Below, in pieces: positions 46,384 to 56,880 of a stretch of 64,000 bases of DNA. How positions within the stretch are numbered: position 1 is the first letter of the stretch; each line of letters starts with the position of its first letter. The notes beneath the pieces were generated by a model that was given only the letters and a program-made list of their open reading frames with translations, was not told where the DNA came from and ran no database searches. This DNA comes from Nitrospirota bacterium (GTDB lineage Bacteria; Nitrospirota; Nitrospiria; SBBL01; JAADHI01), in assembly GCA_029261135.1 (NCBI GenBank), contig JAJDBX010000003.1, positions 87 through 64,086 of the forward strand. Direction: 5' to 3'. The position numbers and the translations under genes were made by a program.

Positions 46384-46905
46384 TTGAAGTTTGAAGCTTC
46401 CATGAAATTTTTAGTGGGCTTCTATTTCATGACGTTTTTGGGTACTGCGTGCACCCCAAAAATCGTTCCGGATGCTATTGAAACAACAATTGATAAGACG
46501 CTTTCCTTTCAAGAAATCATCAAGAAACCAGAAGCACATTTGGGGAAAAAGATCCTCTTGGGCGGTGAAATCATTGAGACCCATGTCTACCAAGAGGGAT
46601 CTGAAATTGAAATCCTTCAAAAACCACTCGATTCAGGGCGTGCGCCGGGATTTACGGATGAATCCCTCGGTCGGTTTTTCCTTTCCGACACATCTTTTTT
46701 GGATCCCGTTATTTTTGCGAGCGGCCGACGGATTACGGTGGTAGGGCGCGTGAAAGGAAGTAAATCTAGACAAATCGGAGAAGCAACGCGGAGCTACCCA
46801 CTTTTAGAAAAAGAATTCCTACATTTGTGGCCTCAGGAAACGGGCCACTATAGAGATTCCCAATCCCGCGTCAGTTTCGGGGTTGGAGCGATTTTTCATG
46901 ATTAA
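46384..46905 (+). CDS. slp: Slp family outer-membrane lipoprotein
   Basis: It has a lipobox (FLGTAC) and Slp-family motifs (KKILLGGEIIE, EIEILQKPLDSGRAP, SLGRFFL...FLDP, GRRITVVGRVKG...IGEA..SYPLL). GGAGG lies 9 nt before the TTG at 46384. An ATG at 46402 is an alternative start. Confidence 0.75.
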   Translation: MKFEASMKFLVGFYFMTFLGTACTPKIVPDAIETTIDKTLSFQEIIKKPEAHLGKKILLGGEIIETHVYQEGSEIEILQKPLDSGRAPGFTDESLGRFFLSDTSFLDPVIFASGRRITVVGRVKGSKSRQIGEATRSYPLLEKEFLHLWPQETGHYRDSQSRVSFGVGAIFHD

Positions 46906-46961
46906 TAAATAAATTACTAGGGGCAGGGGAATGACTGCAATTCTTATCAGCACAAATAATG

Positions 46962-47810
46962 CTAAATAATTTTTCTGGACTCGACCATCTCTTTTTTGTA
47001 TGGGCGTTCGCTCCGCATGGCATCGAATTGATCAGAAATGGCAACGATCCGGCTCGCGATATGCTGTTTTCTACATTGCCGCATTTTAGGATATCCAGAG
47101 CCGCTGAATTTGAGATGATGTTCGTAGGACACGATTGAGGCGATGCGAGGGAGTTCTGGACATTCGAGCAAAAGGATTGTGCCACCTGCTGAATGCGCCT
47201 TGATTTCCTCTCGCTCTTCTTCTGTCAGCTTTCTGGACAGGCTATAATACTGTGTCGAAAATTGTGTTTCGCCAATCTCATGCAGCAAAGCTGAGATGCC
47301 AATGTCATAGACCAAGTCCTTTGGATAACCCAGAACATCCGCCTGTGCCATCGATAAAATTGAAACATTCACAGCATGGACATAGGTGTACTGCTCATAT
47401 GACTGAAGATTGGCTAAGGGGATGAAGGATTGAATATTTCCAAAGAGTATCTGTTCGAGTGTTTTCATGATCTTGGCGAGATCATCCAAAATGACTTTAT
47501 TCGGCCTATCCCAATGGCAATAGATTTCGCAAAGACATTGCATTTCCTCTTGAAACCGTCTTTGATCGATCATCTTTTTTGAGATATCCAAACCATATTC
47601 TTTAAAGAAAAGAACAATTTGGTTTTCTCCATTTTTTCCAAAGGTCATTTTTCCGATTGAGATGTGAAGGGATTGAGAAAGGAGTGATTCCTCTTCCTGA
47701 TCTTTCGATGCTTTATTTTCCCCTGCCCCATGACCCGAGAGCGCATCTTCTGAAAGGTAATCCACAAAGTTCCGAAGTTCACCCGATGAGAGTCCTAAAC
47801 GAAAGGACAA
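46962..47810 (-). CDS. HD-GYP domain protein, truncated paralogue of 2546..3982 (likely pseudogene remnant)
   Basis: The 282-aa ORF starts at a TTG and retains HHLKFSGSGYP, but the HD dyad reads HE (ALLHEIGE). Its N-terminal region is broken off into other frames upstream. Confidence 0.6.
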   Translation of the reverse strand: MSFRLGLSSGELRNFVDYLSEDALSGHGAGENKASKDQEEESLLSQSLHISIGKMTFGKNGENQIVLFFKEYGLDISKKMIDQRRFQEEMQCLCEIYCHWDRPNKVILDDLAKIMKTLEQILFGNIQSFIPLANLQSYEQYTYVHAVNVSILSMAQADVLGYPKDLVYDIGISALLHEIGETQFSTQYYSLSRKLTEEEREEIKAHSAGGTILLLECPELPRIASIVSYEHHLKFSGSGYPKMRQCRKQHIASRIVAISDQFDAMRSERPYKKEMVESRKII

Positions 47811-48024
47811 GGCTTCAATCTTTTTCTGGAAAAAAACTCAGAGATCTCAGACAAATCACGATCCCCTTTGACAAATAGATTATCGATATAAACTCGAGAG
47901 TCAAAAAAACAAATACACGATCACTTAAAAACTTCACCAGCTTAATCAAAAACTGCACAGTCGGATCTATTCCGCCAATCATTTGGAACGTTGAATGATC
48001 AGAAAAAGATTCCTTTTTAGACAT
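47811..48024 (-). pseudogene. Frameshifted N-terminal remnant of the HD-GYP paralogue
   Basis: ORF 47815..48024 (MSKKESFSD...) and a third frame (RVYIDNLFVKGDRDLSEISEFF) each hold pieces collinear with the N-terminus of the intact HD-GYP protein. At least two frame changes are needed to join them to 47810. Confidence 0.5.
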
Positions 48025-48098
48025 GGTCTAAATTCCGACGTGCCTTGATTTCTGTAATGGCTTTTCGAATTTCTGACTGGATCAGCTTCTCATGCTCT

Positions 48099-49583
48099 TC
48101 AGCAGTAAACTGGTGAAAAAAAACCCTTTTTAAGATCCAACAGTTCAGGAATCCAAGAGAAAGATCCTTGCTTCGCAATCCCTTTGATCAGTGTGAGCTG
48201 AGGACCATACCAATCCCCGGTTTTATCCGAGTCTTGTAAAAGACAGGTCACCGTTTCTGTCATCTCAGAATGACTATTTGAAACAAGCATGGACATCGCC
48301 ATTTGAAAAACCTTCCCATCATCCTCCTCAAGCGCTTTGATCAATACCTCGTAGAGCAAGCTTGTCTCTGCCGCAACTTCTCCGAGTGCCCTCAGTGCAG
48401 AGAACCGAACCTGATAGGCTTCATGCTGCAGACAATTGACCATCTTAGGAATCGCTAGCACTGCTTTCAAATCCTTGAGCATATTTCTCACAACAAACCA
48501 TTTCTTATGCTTTAATTGCGGGATAAGACATGGAATCGCAGGAGCCCCGCATTGCACAAGATAATAAAGGGCTTGTTTACGTCCTGATAGATGCACCTCT
48601 CCGTCTATTATTTTCAACAGAACAGGAAAGAGGTCAATGCCGATTACTTCAACAAAATTATCGGCAAGGACTTGTGCACCTTCTTCTTTTTTGTTTCTTG
48701 ATCAATCTTGAAAAAAACGATTGAGTATTTCAAAATTCAAAAAATATTTCAGTCATTTTCTCCAAGAAGCCTGTTCGGTGTTCGTCCCCGATTGACAATG
48801 CTTCACAAGCGTCTGTAAGGCTCTGATCAGCACCAAGGTGGTCTTATCCTTTTCCCCCTGAACCAATAGATTTTTTAAAATGAGGACCATTTTTTCCGTT
48901 TGCAAGAAATTTCCTATCGGGTGCTCCAATATTTCAAGCAAAATAACACTGAGGTCTTGATCTATCTCGGCCTGCTTTATTGGATTGTCTTGAGCATAAA
49001 ACGATGCGGGTTCCTCGAAAGCAAAGAAAAGCGGGTTATCTGAGACCACTTCATTTTTAGAACGACCTGCTCGCAGATCTTTTCCAGATTGAACATCCGC
49101 TCCTCTCCTCACAGGATGCTTAAGGGCCTCCTTAAACCTCGTCAGTTTTAATGTAATGGAGGGAACGCGTTTTCGAAACAGGGAAACAACGGGATCATTC
49201 TCTAATCGCAAAGAAAACCGATTTTCAATCACAAACTGAAGGAAATGAGACATCTCTTTTTCTGTTATTTTATTTTTAAAAGTGACACTGGCGAGATCAA
49301 TGCCATGTAGAATTTGAGAAAGATCCCGAATAAGCCGTGGGTCATTTGCAACGAGATCTCCGTGAAACCGGATTTCATCTTTAGAAATCTTACATTTTAA
49401 CGAGGACTTGGTCTCGAGTAATCGGTTCAAACGTTGGGGAAGATCTGAAACAATATCTGAAACAACCGAGTGAAAAAAACCTTAGAGGGTAATCTTCCGA
49501 ATGCCCATTTGAAGCTGAATCAAAAAATCTAAAAGATCCAATAACTCGGGACTTTCATCATTTAGAGATGGCTGATTCTTCAT
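48099..49583 (-). pseudogene. HEAT-repeat protein paralogue of 4001..5719, disrupted by three in-frame stop codons
   Basis: A single reading frame runs from the ATG at 49583 to 48099 and is collinear with the intact 572-aa protein. For example, LQMGIRKITL*GFFHSVVSDIVSDLPQRLNRLLE aligns with TAKTLKIYLPNNPIHKKFINDLFEKLESHLLE, and QLKHKKWFVVRNMLKDL aligns with QLDVQGWFLLRNLIYVL. The frame contains TAA at 49482-49484, TGA at 48753-48755 and TGA at 48702-48704. Confidence 0.75.
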
Positions 49584-49966
49584 TTTGGCCCGCGAACGGC
49601 TTGACCTCACCGGGAACTTAAAGTGGATCAAAAGTTAAATTTATCAAGAGGTTATCATATTAAGAGTAACCCATTTCAGATGAATGTCAATTGAACCTGA
49701 TCACCGGGATTTTTATACTTTTAAGGACCAGTTCTCAGGAGAAAAAGAACGGAGTCTTGAGCGAAATCGAGGATTTTATCGAAAAAGCACCTCGGAAATG
49801 CGATTGATATCTTTGAAATAGAAAGAATGGGATGGGTCACCTCAGTGACTTTCTTTTTATTCCCGGATCCGACTCACTTAAGAGTCAGAATGTATCGTTG
49901 GCATTTCATTTGGAAAAACATCTTTGGAGGATATCGGGTCTCAGGTCTGAATAAAAAATAAAGCCA

Positions 49967-50725
49967 TTAAAGCTTTCTTTTCCCCCGTAAAACAAGGACT
50001 TTACTATACTTTACAAAAACGTGTACGAGTGATAGGACAGAAGCGAGCAATCCGGCAAATCCGTCCAAAAAACCTTTTTTCAAAAAATACATACGAAAAA
50101 AAATCCAAAAACCACGTGTGAATGGCGATAAAATTGAGACCTTTTTATTACCTTTTATGATCTCACTTGCGCCGATTTCTGAAAATTTATCCAAAGTTTG
50201 AATGTGCGATGAAACCGTGTCAAACGAGTAGTGCAGAATATCGCCCCGTAATCGACCGATATTTCCAGTACTGACAAGCACTTTATCGTGAGGATTCGCC
50301 CCCCCCCACTTTGCTTGATGTTTATTGAACAGCCTCACCTTCATGTCTGGATACCAGCAATGGTTCAACCAGCGATAGATATAGTAGGTTTTGCGCGCCA
50401 TTTTATAAGCGTCATATCCACCCAGACCGTCTTTAATTTTGAGAATAGATGTCCTGAGTTCGTCCGACAAACGCTCATCGCAATCAAGGCTTAAGATCCA
50501 ATCATGCTTTGCTTTGCTCACCGCAAGATTTTTTTGCTCAATATGGCCTAAAAATTTTTGATGATAAATATGGGGTGCATAAGATGAAGCAATGTCGACC
50601 GTAAGATCCGTGCTTTCAGAATCGATGAGAATAATTTCATCCACAATACCCGCTAGGCTCTTTAGGCAATCCTCGATTTTTTTTTCTTCATTAAAAGAAA
50701 TGACACAGGCACTGATTTTAATCAT
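49967..50725 (-). CDS. Family 2 glycosyltransferase (LPS core type, WaaE/KdtX-like)
   Basis: The 252-aa ORF begins ISACVISFNEEKKIEDCLKSL and has DSESTD and LDCDE (DxD) motifs. It lies next to heptosyltransferase genes. Confidence 0.8.
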   Translation of the reverse strand: MIKISACVISFNEEKKIEDCLKSLAGIVDEIILIDSESTDLTVDIASSYAPHIYHQKFLGHIEQKNLAVSKAKHDWILSLDCDERLSDELRTSILKIKDGLGGYDAYKMARKTYYIYRWLNHCWYPDMKVRLFNKHQAKWGGANPHDKVLVSTGNIGRLRGDILHYSFDTVSSHIQTLDKFSEIGASEIIKGNKKVSILSPFTRGFWIFFRMYFLKKGFLDGFAGLLASVLSLVHVFVKYSKVLVLRGKRKL

Positions 50726-50944
50726 TAATAGACCCTATTTATCCTTGTCTCACGATACTCTTTTTGGGTTGCAAACAAAGTTGAAACAAGCGATTTCCTT
50801 CGTTCTATTTTGGTACAATGCTACCATATGGACATTGAAAATTCAGTTCCATAAAATTATTCAAAAAAAATTGACCGCCTTACGGTATTGCTCTAGTATT
50901 TCAACATTTTCTTATAATAAGGACAATCAGGGAATCATCACACA

Positions 50945-51949
50945 ATGCGTATTCTTGTTATCCGTGCCGGGGCCTTAGGAGATACCGCTTACTCCTCTAG
51001 CATTATCGAGCCACTTCGCCACACCTACGGAGAGACAGTCACCATTGATTGGGCGGCAAAATCTGGTATGGGGTCCTTATTTAAGGCAGACCCGCGCATC
51101 AATCATGTTTTTGAACTTAAAAGCCGTCGTAGCCCGTTTTTCATCAATCCGAAAAAATGGGCCATTGTCATGGCAGCATGCGAAAACCCCTATGACCTTG
51201 TCGTCAATTTGGAGATGGGATCCCTTTTTGACACCGTCATGCGGCTTCTGAAAGCAAAACAAAAAATTGGATCGCCCTATACCCACTTTAAAGGACTCAA
51301 TGGCAAACACGCGGTAGAACAGCTACATGTCATCTACAAAAGCTTTATGGAAGATTCAGCCTTGAAAATCGCCGAACCCCGATTGCAGGGAACGGAAATA
51401 TCGCTGATCCTTGAACAATTTGGACTCAAAAAAAACTACATTATCCTTGCACCAAGCAACAGCCACCACAACACAAGTTCAAGCATTAATCATCGCGCTT
51501 GGCCGATTCAACACTGGAAGAATCTAATTCAGCAATTAGTCCAAGCAAAGAAGCAAGTTGTCCTTATTGGCGGTAAAAATGAAAGTCGGTATTTTGCACA
51601 ATTGAATCCTTTGCCGAAATCTGTCATCTCTTTAGCTGGGAAAACAGATTTGCATGATCTGGTCGGTCTCATAACAGGTGCAGCCTTGCTGATTACGACC
51701 GATACCGGACCATCACATATCGCCGCTGCGGTGAATACCCCTGTTTATGCGCTAATCGGTCCTACTAATTTCAAAGAAACCGGCCCTTTCCAAACAAAAC
51801 ACAACAGGATTAAAATACTGAGCGCAGATCTGCCCTGCAGTCCCTGTTACCATACACCCGTATTATCACAGTGTCGGGACAATCAATGCATGAAGGACAT
51901 TACCCCTGAAAAAATTTTGGCGACACTTTCAGAAGAAACGGCCTTATAA
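50945..51949 (+). CDS. Family 9 glycosyltransferase (ADP-heptose:LPS heptosyltransferase-like)
   Basis: The 334-aa ORF begins MRILVIRAGALGDT and has C-terminal LLITTDTGPSHIAAAVNTP and CSPC motifs typical of GT9. Confidence 0.82.
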   Translation: MRILVIRAGALGDTAYSSSIIEPLRHTYGETVTIDWAAKSGMGSLFKADPRINHVFELKSRRSPFFINPKKWAIVMAACENPYDLVVNLEMGSLFDTVMRLLKAKQKIGSPYTHFKGLNGKHAVEQLHVIYKSFMEDSALKIAEPRLQGTEISLILEQFGLKKNYIILAPSNSHHNTSSSINHRAWPIQHWKNLIQQLVQAKKQVVLIGGKNESRYFAQLNPLPKSVISLAGKTDLHDLVGLITGAALLITTDTGPSHIAAAVNTPVYALIGPTNFKETGPFQTKHNRIKILSADLPCSPCYHTPVLSQCRDNQCMKDITPEKILATLSEETAL

Positions 51950-52021
51950 GGACTCAGTAAAATTCAGACTAGACTCATAAAAAAAATACTCATCGTTCGT
52001 AACGACAAGCTTGGAGATTTT

Positions 52022-52996
52022 ATGCTGGCTTACCCTAGCTTTGCGCTGCTCAAAGAAAACATGCCGGATACCATCCTTGTGGCCTTAGTGCCTCAATACA
52101 CAAAAGAAATGGCAGAAACCTGCCCCTGGATTGATGAAGTATTGATTGACCCTGCGCCTGAAGCAAAATGGTACTCGGCACCTATTCTTGCTGTACTTTT
52201 CCGGAAAGAAAAATTCGATGCCGTGATTACCCTTTATTCCAGAACACGCGTGGGCCTGGCCGCCTTCTTCGCTCGTATCCCCTACCGCCTCGCGCCAGCG
52301 ACCAAGTTCGCACTGGTTTTCTATAACCGTCGGCTGATGCAGCGTCGCTCACGTTCTGAAAAACCGGAATACGTCTATAATGAAGATGTGATCCGATATT
52401 TTCTCGGTGAACAAAATATTCCAATCCAAAAGAACCCTAAACCGCCTTTTCTTCATTTTGAAGATCAGAACATTAAAGAAAGAAAAATCCGTTTCTGCGA
52501 ATCGAATCATATTGGGCCGAAACAGGCGCTGGTTTTTATTCATTCTGGAAGTGGCGGCTCTGCGAATAATTTATCGATTAAACAATATGCAAGGCTGGCG
52601 AGAACCATCAAATCTGAAAAAGGACATGTGATCGTGCTCACTGCCGGTCCGGGAGAATTAGGAACGGCCAAGACCCTCAGCAATCAACTCAATGACATTC
52701 CGCATCTTATTTTTGAATCAACAGAAGGGCTGCAAAATTTTGCAAAACAGATTCAATGTGCCAATGTGTTTATCAGCGGATCAACAGGGCCGCTTCATAT
52801 CGCCGGGGCTTTAGATGTTCCGACTGCTGCGTTCTACCCTCGACGGCGTTCGGCAACCGCACTGCGCTGGCTAACACTCAACAGCCCTGAGAAAAGGCTC
52901 AGTTTTTCACCCGATGAAATGGATCAACGCGAAGAAATCTTGGATATCGATGTAGAAAAAGCAGCACACTTAATTTCTGAAAAGTTTTTGTTCTAA
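52022..52996 (+). CDS. Family 9 glycosyltransferase (heptosyltransferase-like), start codon uncertain
   Basis: The ORF has GT9 C-terminal motifs (FISGSTGPLHIAGALDVPT). The conserved N-terminal strand KKILIVRNDKLGDF lies in frame upstream of the first ATG, where no ATG, GTG or TTG exists. An ATT at 51962 is preceded by AAGGA. Confidence 0.75.
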   Translation: MLAYPSFALLKENMPDTILVALVPQYTKEMAETCPWIDEVLIDPAPEAKWYSAPILAVLFRKEKFDAVITLYSRTRVGLAAFFARIPYRLAPATKFALVFYNRRLMQRRSRSEKPEYVYNEDVIRYFLGEQNIPIQKNPKPPFLHFEDQNIKERKIRFCESNHIGPKQALVFIHSGSGGSANNLSIKQYARLARTIKSEKGHVIVLTAGPGELGTAKTLSNQLNDIPHLIFESTEGLQNFAKQIQCANVFISGSTGPLHIAGALDVPTAAFYPRRRSATALRWLTLNSPEKRLSFSPDEMDQREEILDIDVEKAAHLISEKFLF

Positions 52997-53016
52997 ACTC
53001 GCCTAAAAACTGAAGG

Positions 53017-54117
53017 TCATCCAGTCATGTACTCGCGGAGCTGCCGAAAGTGACTTTCCGTCTCAAACAACCGCTCTGTTTTTTCTCCACCTGCCTTCGC
53101 GATCTTCCTGCGGAAGTGATCATCTCCTTGGAGACGAAGCAGACATTCATACAATTGTTCTGCATTGTCCGGTTCAAATAAAAGACCGGTTAGCTCATGA
53201 TCAATAATTTCAGGAACGCCGCCTCGATTTGTGCCGATCACTGGAACACCCACCCGCATGGCTTCGATCAAAACCAAACCAAAAGTTTCTTCGGGAGTCG
53301 CCAAAATCACACAGTCACAAGCTTGCATCCAATCTTGCGGACGATCAACAAAACCTTGAAAGATCACATCTTGCGTCAATCCTTGTTGTACGACACTTGA
53401 TTTGAGGCGATGCGAATAATCCTCTCTCATGGCATGTCCCACAATCAATCCCTGCATCGCAACATCATTTTTCTTGGCTCGTGCGATCACCTCTACAAGC
53501 AAGTGCTGTCTTTTATTCTCTTCTATTCTGCCAAATAGTCCAACCAAAAATATCTCTTGAGCGATCCCCAGAGTTTGCCGCAAGGCCAGCCGCGCTTTCG
53601 GATCCAATAAACGGGATGGCACATCGACCCCATAATAAAGACGTTCTATCTTTTGGATATTTTCAGTACTTAAATATTGTTTCGCCTCATTGGCAAGTTG
53701 ATCGGTAATGCACAACATCAAGTCCATTTGTGAATAAAGAAAACGATGATAAACATCATTCTTGCTCCGCGTCATTTTCATCTGACGCGTGTAAATCAAG
53801 CGCGGTTTTCTTTTGGAAAAATATTTACTCAGTGCCGCAAGCGGGAAATCTTTGCCCCAGTGTATGTGAAGTACATCAATTTCACGTGCATCAATCAGGG
53901 AAGCGATCCTCTTTGCCGTCATAAGCGGAAAGGAATGAAGGTGTTTTTTTTCTAGGGAAAATGAGAGCTTTTCTTGTTCAAAATAAGGCCGAAGTCGCCC
54001 GACAGGATGAATCACAGAAAAAACAGTGTCAGTCTTCGAGAGATTTTTGGCGGTCCGGAACATGTAAAGTTCTAAACCACCGAGGGAGGGTGAAAGGCAG
54101 AGTTCAAGAATGTTCAT
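53017..54117 (-). CDS. Family 4 (GT-B, group 1) glycosyltransferase
   Basis: The 366-aa ORF has the E-x7-E region (ATPEETFGLVLIEAMRVGVPVIGTNRGGVPEII) and typical GT4 length. Confidence 0.82.
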   Translation of the reverse strand: MNILELCLSPSLGGLELYMFRTAKNLSKTDTVFSVIHPVGRLRPYFEQEKLSFSLEKKHLHSFPLMTAKRIASLIDAREIDVLHIHWGKDFPLAALSKYFSKRKPRLIYTRQMKMTRSKNDVYHRFLYSQMDLMLCITDQLANEAKQYLSTENIQKIERLYYGVDVPSRLLDPKARLALRQTLGIAQEIFLVGLFGRIEENKRQHLLVEVIARAKKNDVAMQGLIVGHAMREDYSHRLKSSVVQQGLTQDVIFQGFVDRPQDWMQACDCVILATPEETFGLVLIEAMRVGVPVIGTNRGGVPEIIDHELTGLLFEPDNAEQLYECLLRLQGDDHFRRKIAKAGGEKTERLFETESHFRQLREYMTG

Positions 54118-54131
54118 ATCCGCCTAATCCA

Positions 54132-55397
54132 TCAACGCTTAAGGGCTTCCAGTCTATTTGATGTGCTCGATAAGAAAACCACCATCATGAAGCAATAGGA
54201 TGTAACCATGGGATTTCGGTTCACCCAGCTTTCGCTAATACCAAACCATGCAAAAGCCAAAACTCCAATCAAGCCTGATAAGGTATAACAATGAAGAAGC
54301 CGATCTTCGGCGCTCCGCCATAAACGGAGTAAGTGGACAGAGGGAAAAATAAATAGCGTTACCATTAATAATGTGAGGCCCACCAATCCCCCCTCGGCCA
54401 ACAATTGGAAATAAAGATTATGCGCATTGGCTTGATTAACTGCAAAATCATTTCTATAAGACAGACCATTTTCTAATAGTTTTTGAGAATCATTTTTAAA
54501 GTCGCCCATGCCTGTTCCGAGTAAAGGGGAGTCCTTAAAAATAAGGAGACTATTCCGCCACATCACAAGCCGAGCCCCTAAAGAACTGTGTTCATTCGGA
54601 TTTTCTTGAAAATGTTTTAAATCCGTCCAGCCCTCTTCAAATCCCTTACCCAGACGTTCCGGGCCTAGAAGCCCTAGCAATGAAATCACAACAATCGCTC
54701 CGAAAACAATCAGTGTTAATGCACCTTTGTTGATCTTTTTTCGATAGAGCCACACTAAACTCATCAGTATAAAAGGGAAAAACAACCATGACGTCCGCGA
54801 GCCTGAAAGGAGGCTGGCATATACACCCGCCATAACAGCAAGGATGGCCACACCATAATGGATCTTATTCTTTCCGTAGAACAAAACACCACTTACAACA
54901 AAAGACACAGAAAGCACCGCGAGGTTGCCCATAATGATTTTGTGGTAAGCCCCATTTGCAACAGGACTTTTTAAAATTTCAACCTGATAGATGGCTTGTC
55001 CACACATGACAAACACCGCGACAAATGTGCCTGCGAAATAAAATTTCGCAGAATAAAGCTTCTTTTGTCTCAACATCAGATAAATTGGGAGCAATGCAAA
55101 AAAACGAAGGTATCGCTCTAAACGTTTAAAGCCTTCATGGAGATCTTCGGTCATGAAAAGGGACAAAAAAGAAAATAGAAAAAAGAGCAAGAAACCCAGC
55201 AAAATTTGTTTTTCAAAACGACGTAACAGGCCCCAAGAACCGCGTATATGAAACAAACTTAGAGTAAACAATAAGCTATAAAGCCCAGTCCCGCCATGCG
55301 TCAAGGTGGCAACGACGATAGGAAAGAGAAATACTGAGAATAGAATGAGCCTATTTTCCCAATTGCTTTCTAAATCAAAGAAGCGTTTTTTTAGCAC
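54132..55397 (-). CDS. O-antigen ligase (WaaL/Wzy_C) family membrane protein
   Basis: The 421-aa polytopic membrane protein has the motifs SGSRTSWL, a large loop, and NAHNLYFQLLAEGGLVG, characteristic of the O-antigen ligase family. Confidence 0.75.
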   Translation of the reverse strand: MLKKRFFDLESNWENRLILFSVFLFPIVVATLTHGGTGLYSLLFTLSLFHIRGSWGLLRRFEKQILLGFLLFFLFSFLSLFMTEDLHEGFKRLERYLRFFALLPIYLMLRQKKLYSAKFYFAGTFVAVFVMCGQAIYQVEILKSPVANGAYHKIIMGNLAVLSVSFVVSGVLFYGKNKIHYGVAILAVMAGVYASLLSGSRTSWLFFPFILMSLVWLYRKKINKGALTLIVFGAIVVISLLGLLGPERLGKGFEEGWTDLKHFQENPNEHSSLGARLVMWRNSLLIFKDSPLLGTGMGDFKNDSQKLLENGLSYRNDFAVNQANAHNLYFQLLAEGGLVGLTLLMVTLFIFPSVHLLRLWRSAEDRLLHCYTLSGLIGVLAFAWFGISESWVNRNPMVTSYCFMMVVFLSSTSNRLEALKR

Positions 55398-55405
55398 GAC
55401 GATAA

Positions 55406-56839
<1,434 letters not shown>

Positions 56840-56880
56840 ACCACAGACGACAAAGATACGAGAAACACAAATCATTTCAA

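Noticed and set aside
48702-49484. The in-frame TGA/TAA codons in the HEAT paralogue might reflect recoding (selenocysteine, or genetic code 4/25).
   Set aside because: TGA terminates well-conserved genes here at the expected positions, for example trpD. One of the three interruptions is TAA. The adjacent HD-GYP paralogue also has frameshifts. Pseudogenisation is the simpler reading.
42206-49620. The accessory stretch after tRNA-Gln might be a tRNA-integrated genomic island.
   Set aside because: I found no integrase gene and no direct repeat of the tRNA 3' end downstream. The nearest resemblances (around 46321 and 48781) are short and lie inside coding sequence. I mention this only as context.
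49620-49966. There may be a small plus-strand gene or sRNA ending at the hairpin GTCAC-CTCA-GTGAC followed by TTTCTTTTTATT (about 49843-49868), including a 47-codon TTG-initiated frame.
   Set aside because: There is no convincing RBS or promoter, the stem is only 5 bp, and the region lies just upstream of the decayed HEAT paralogue, so it may simply be eroded sequence.
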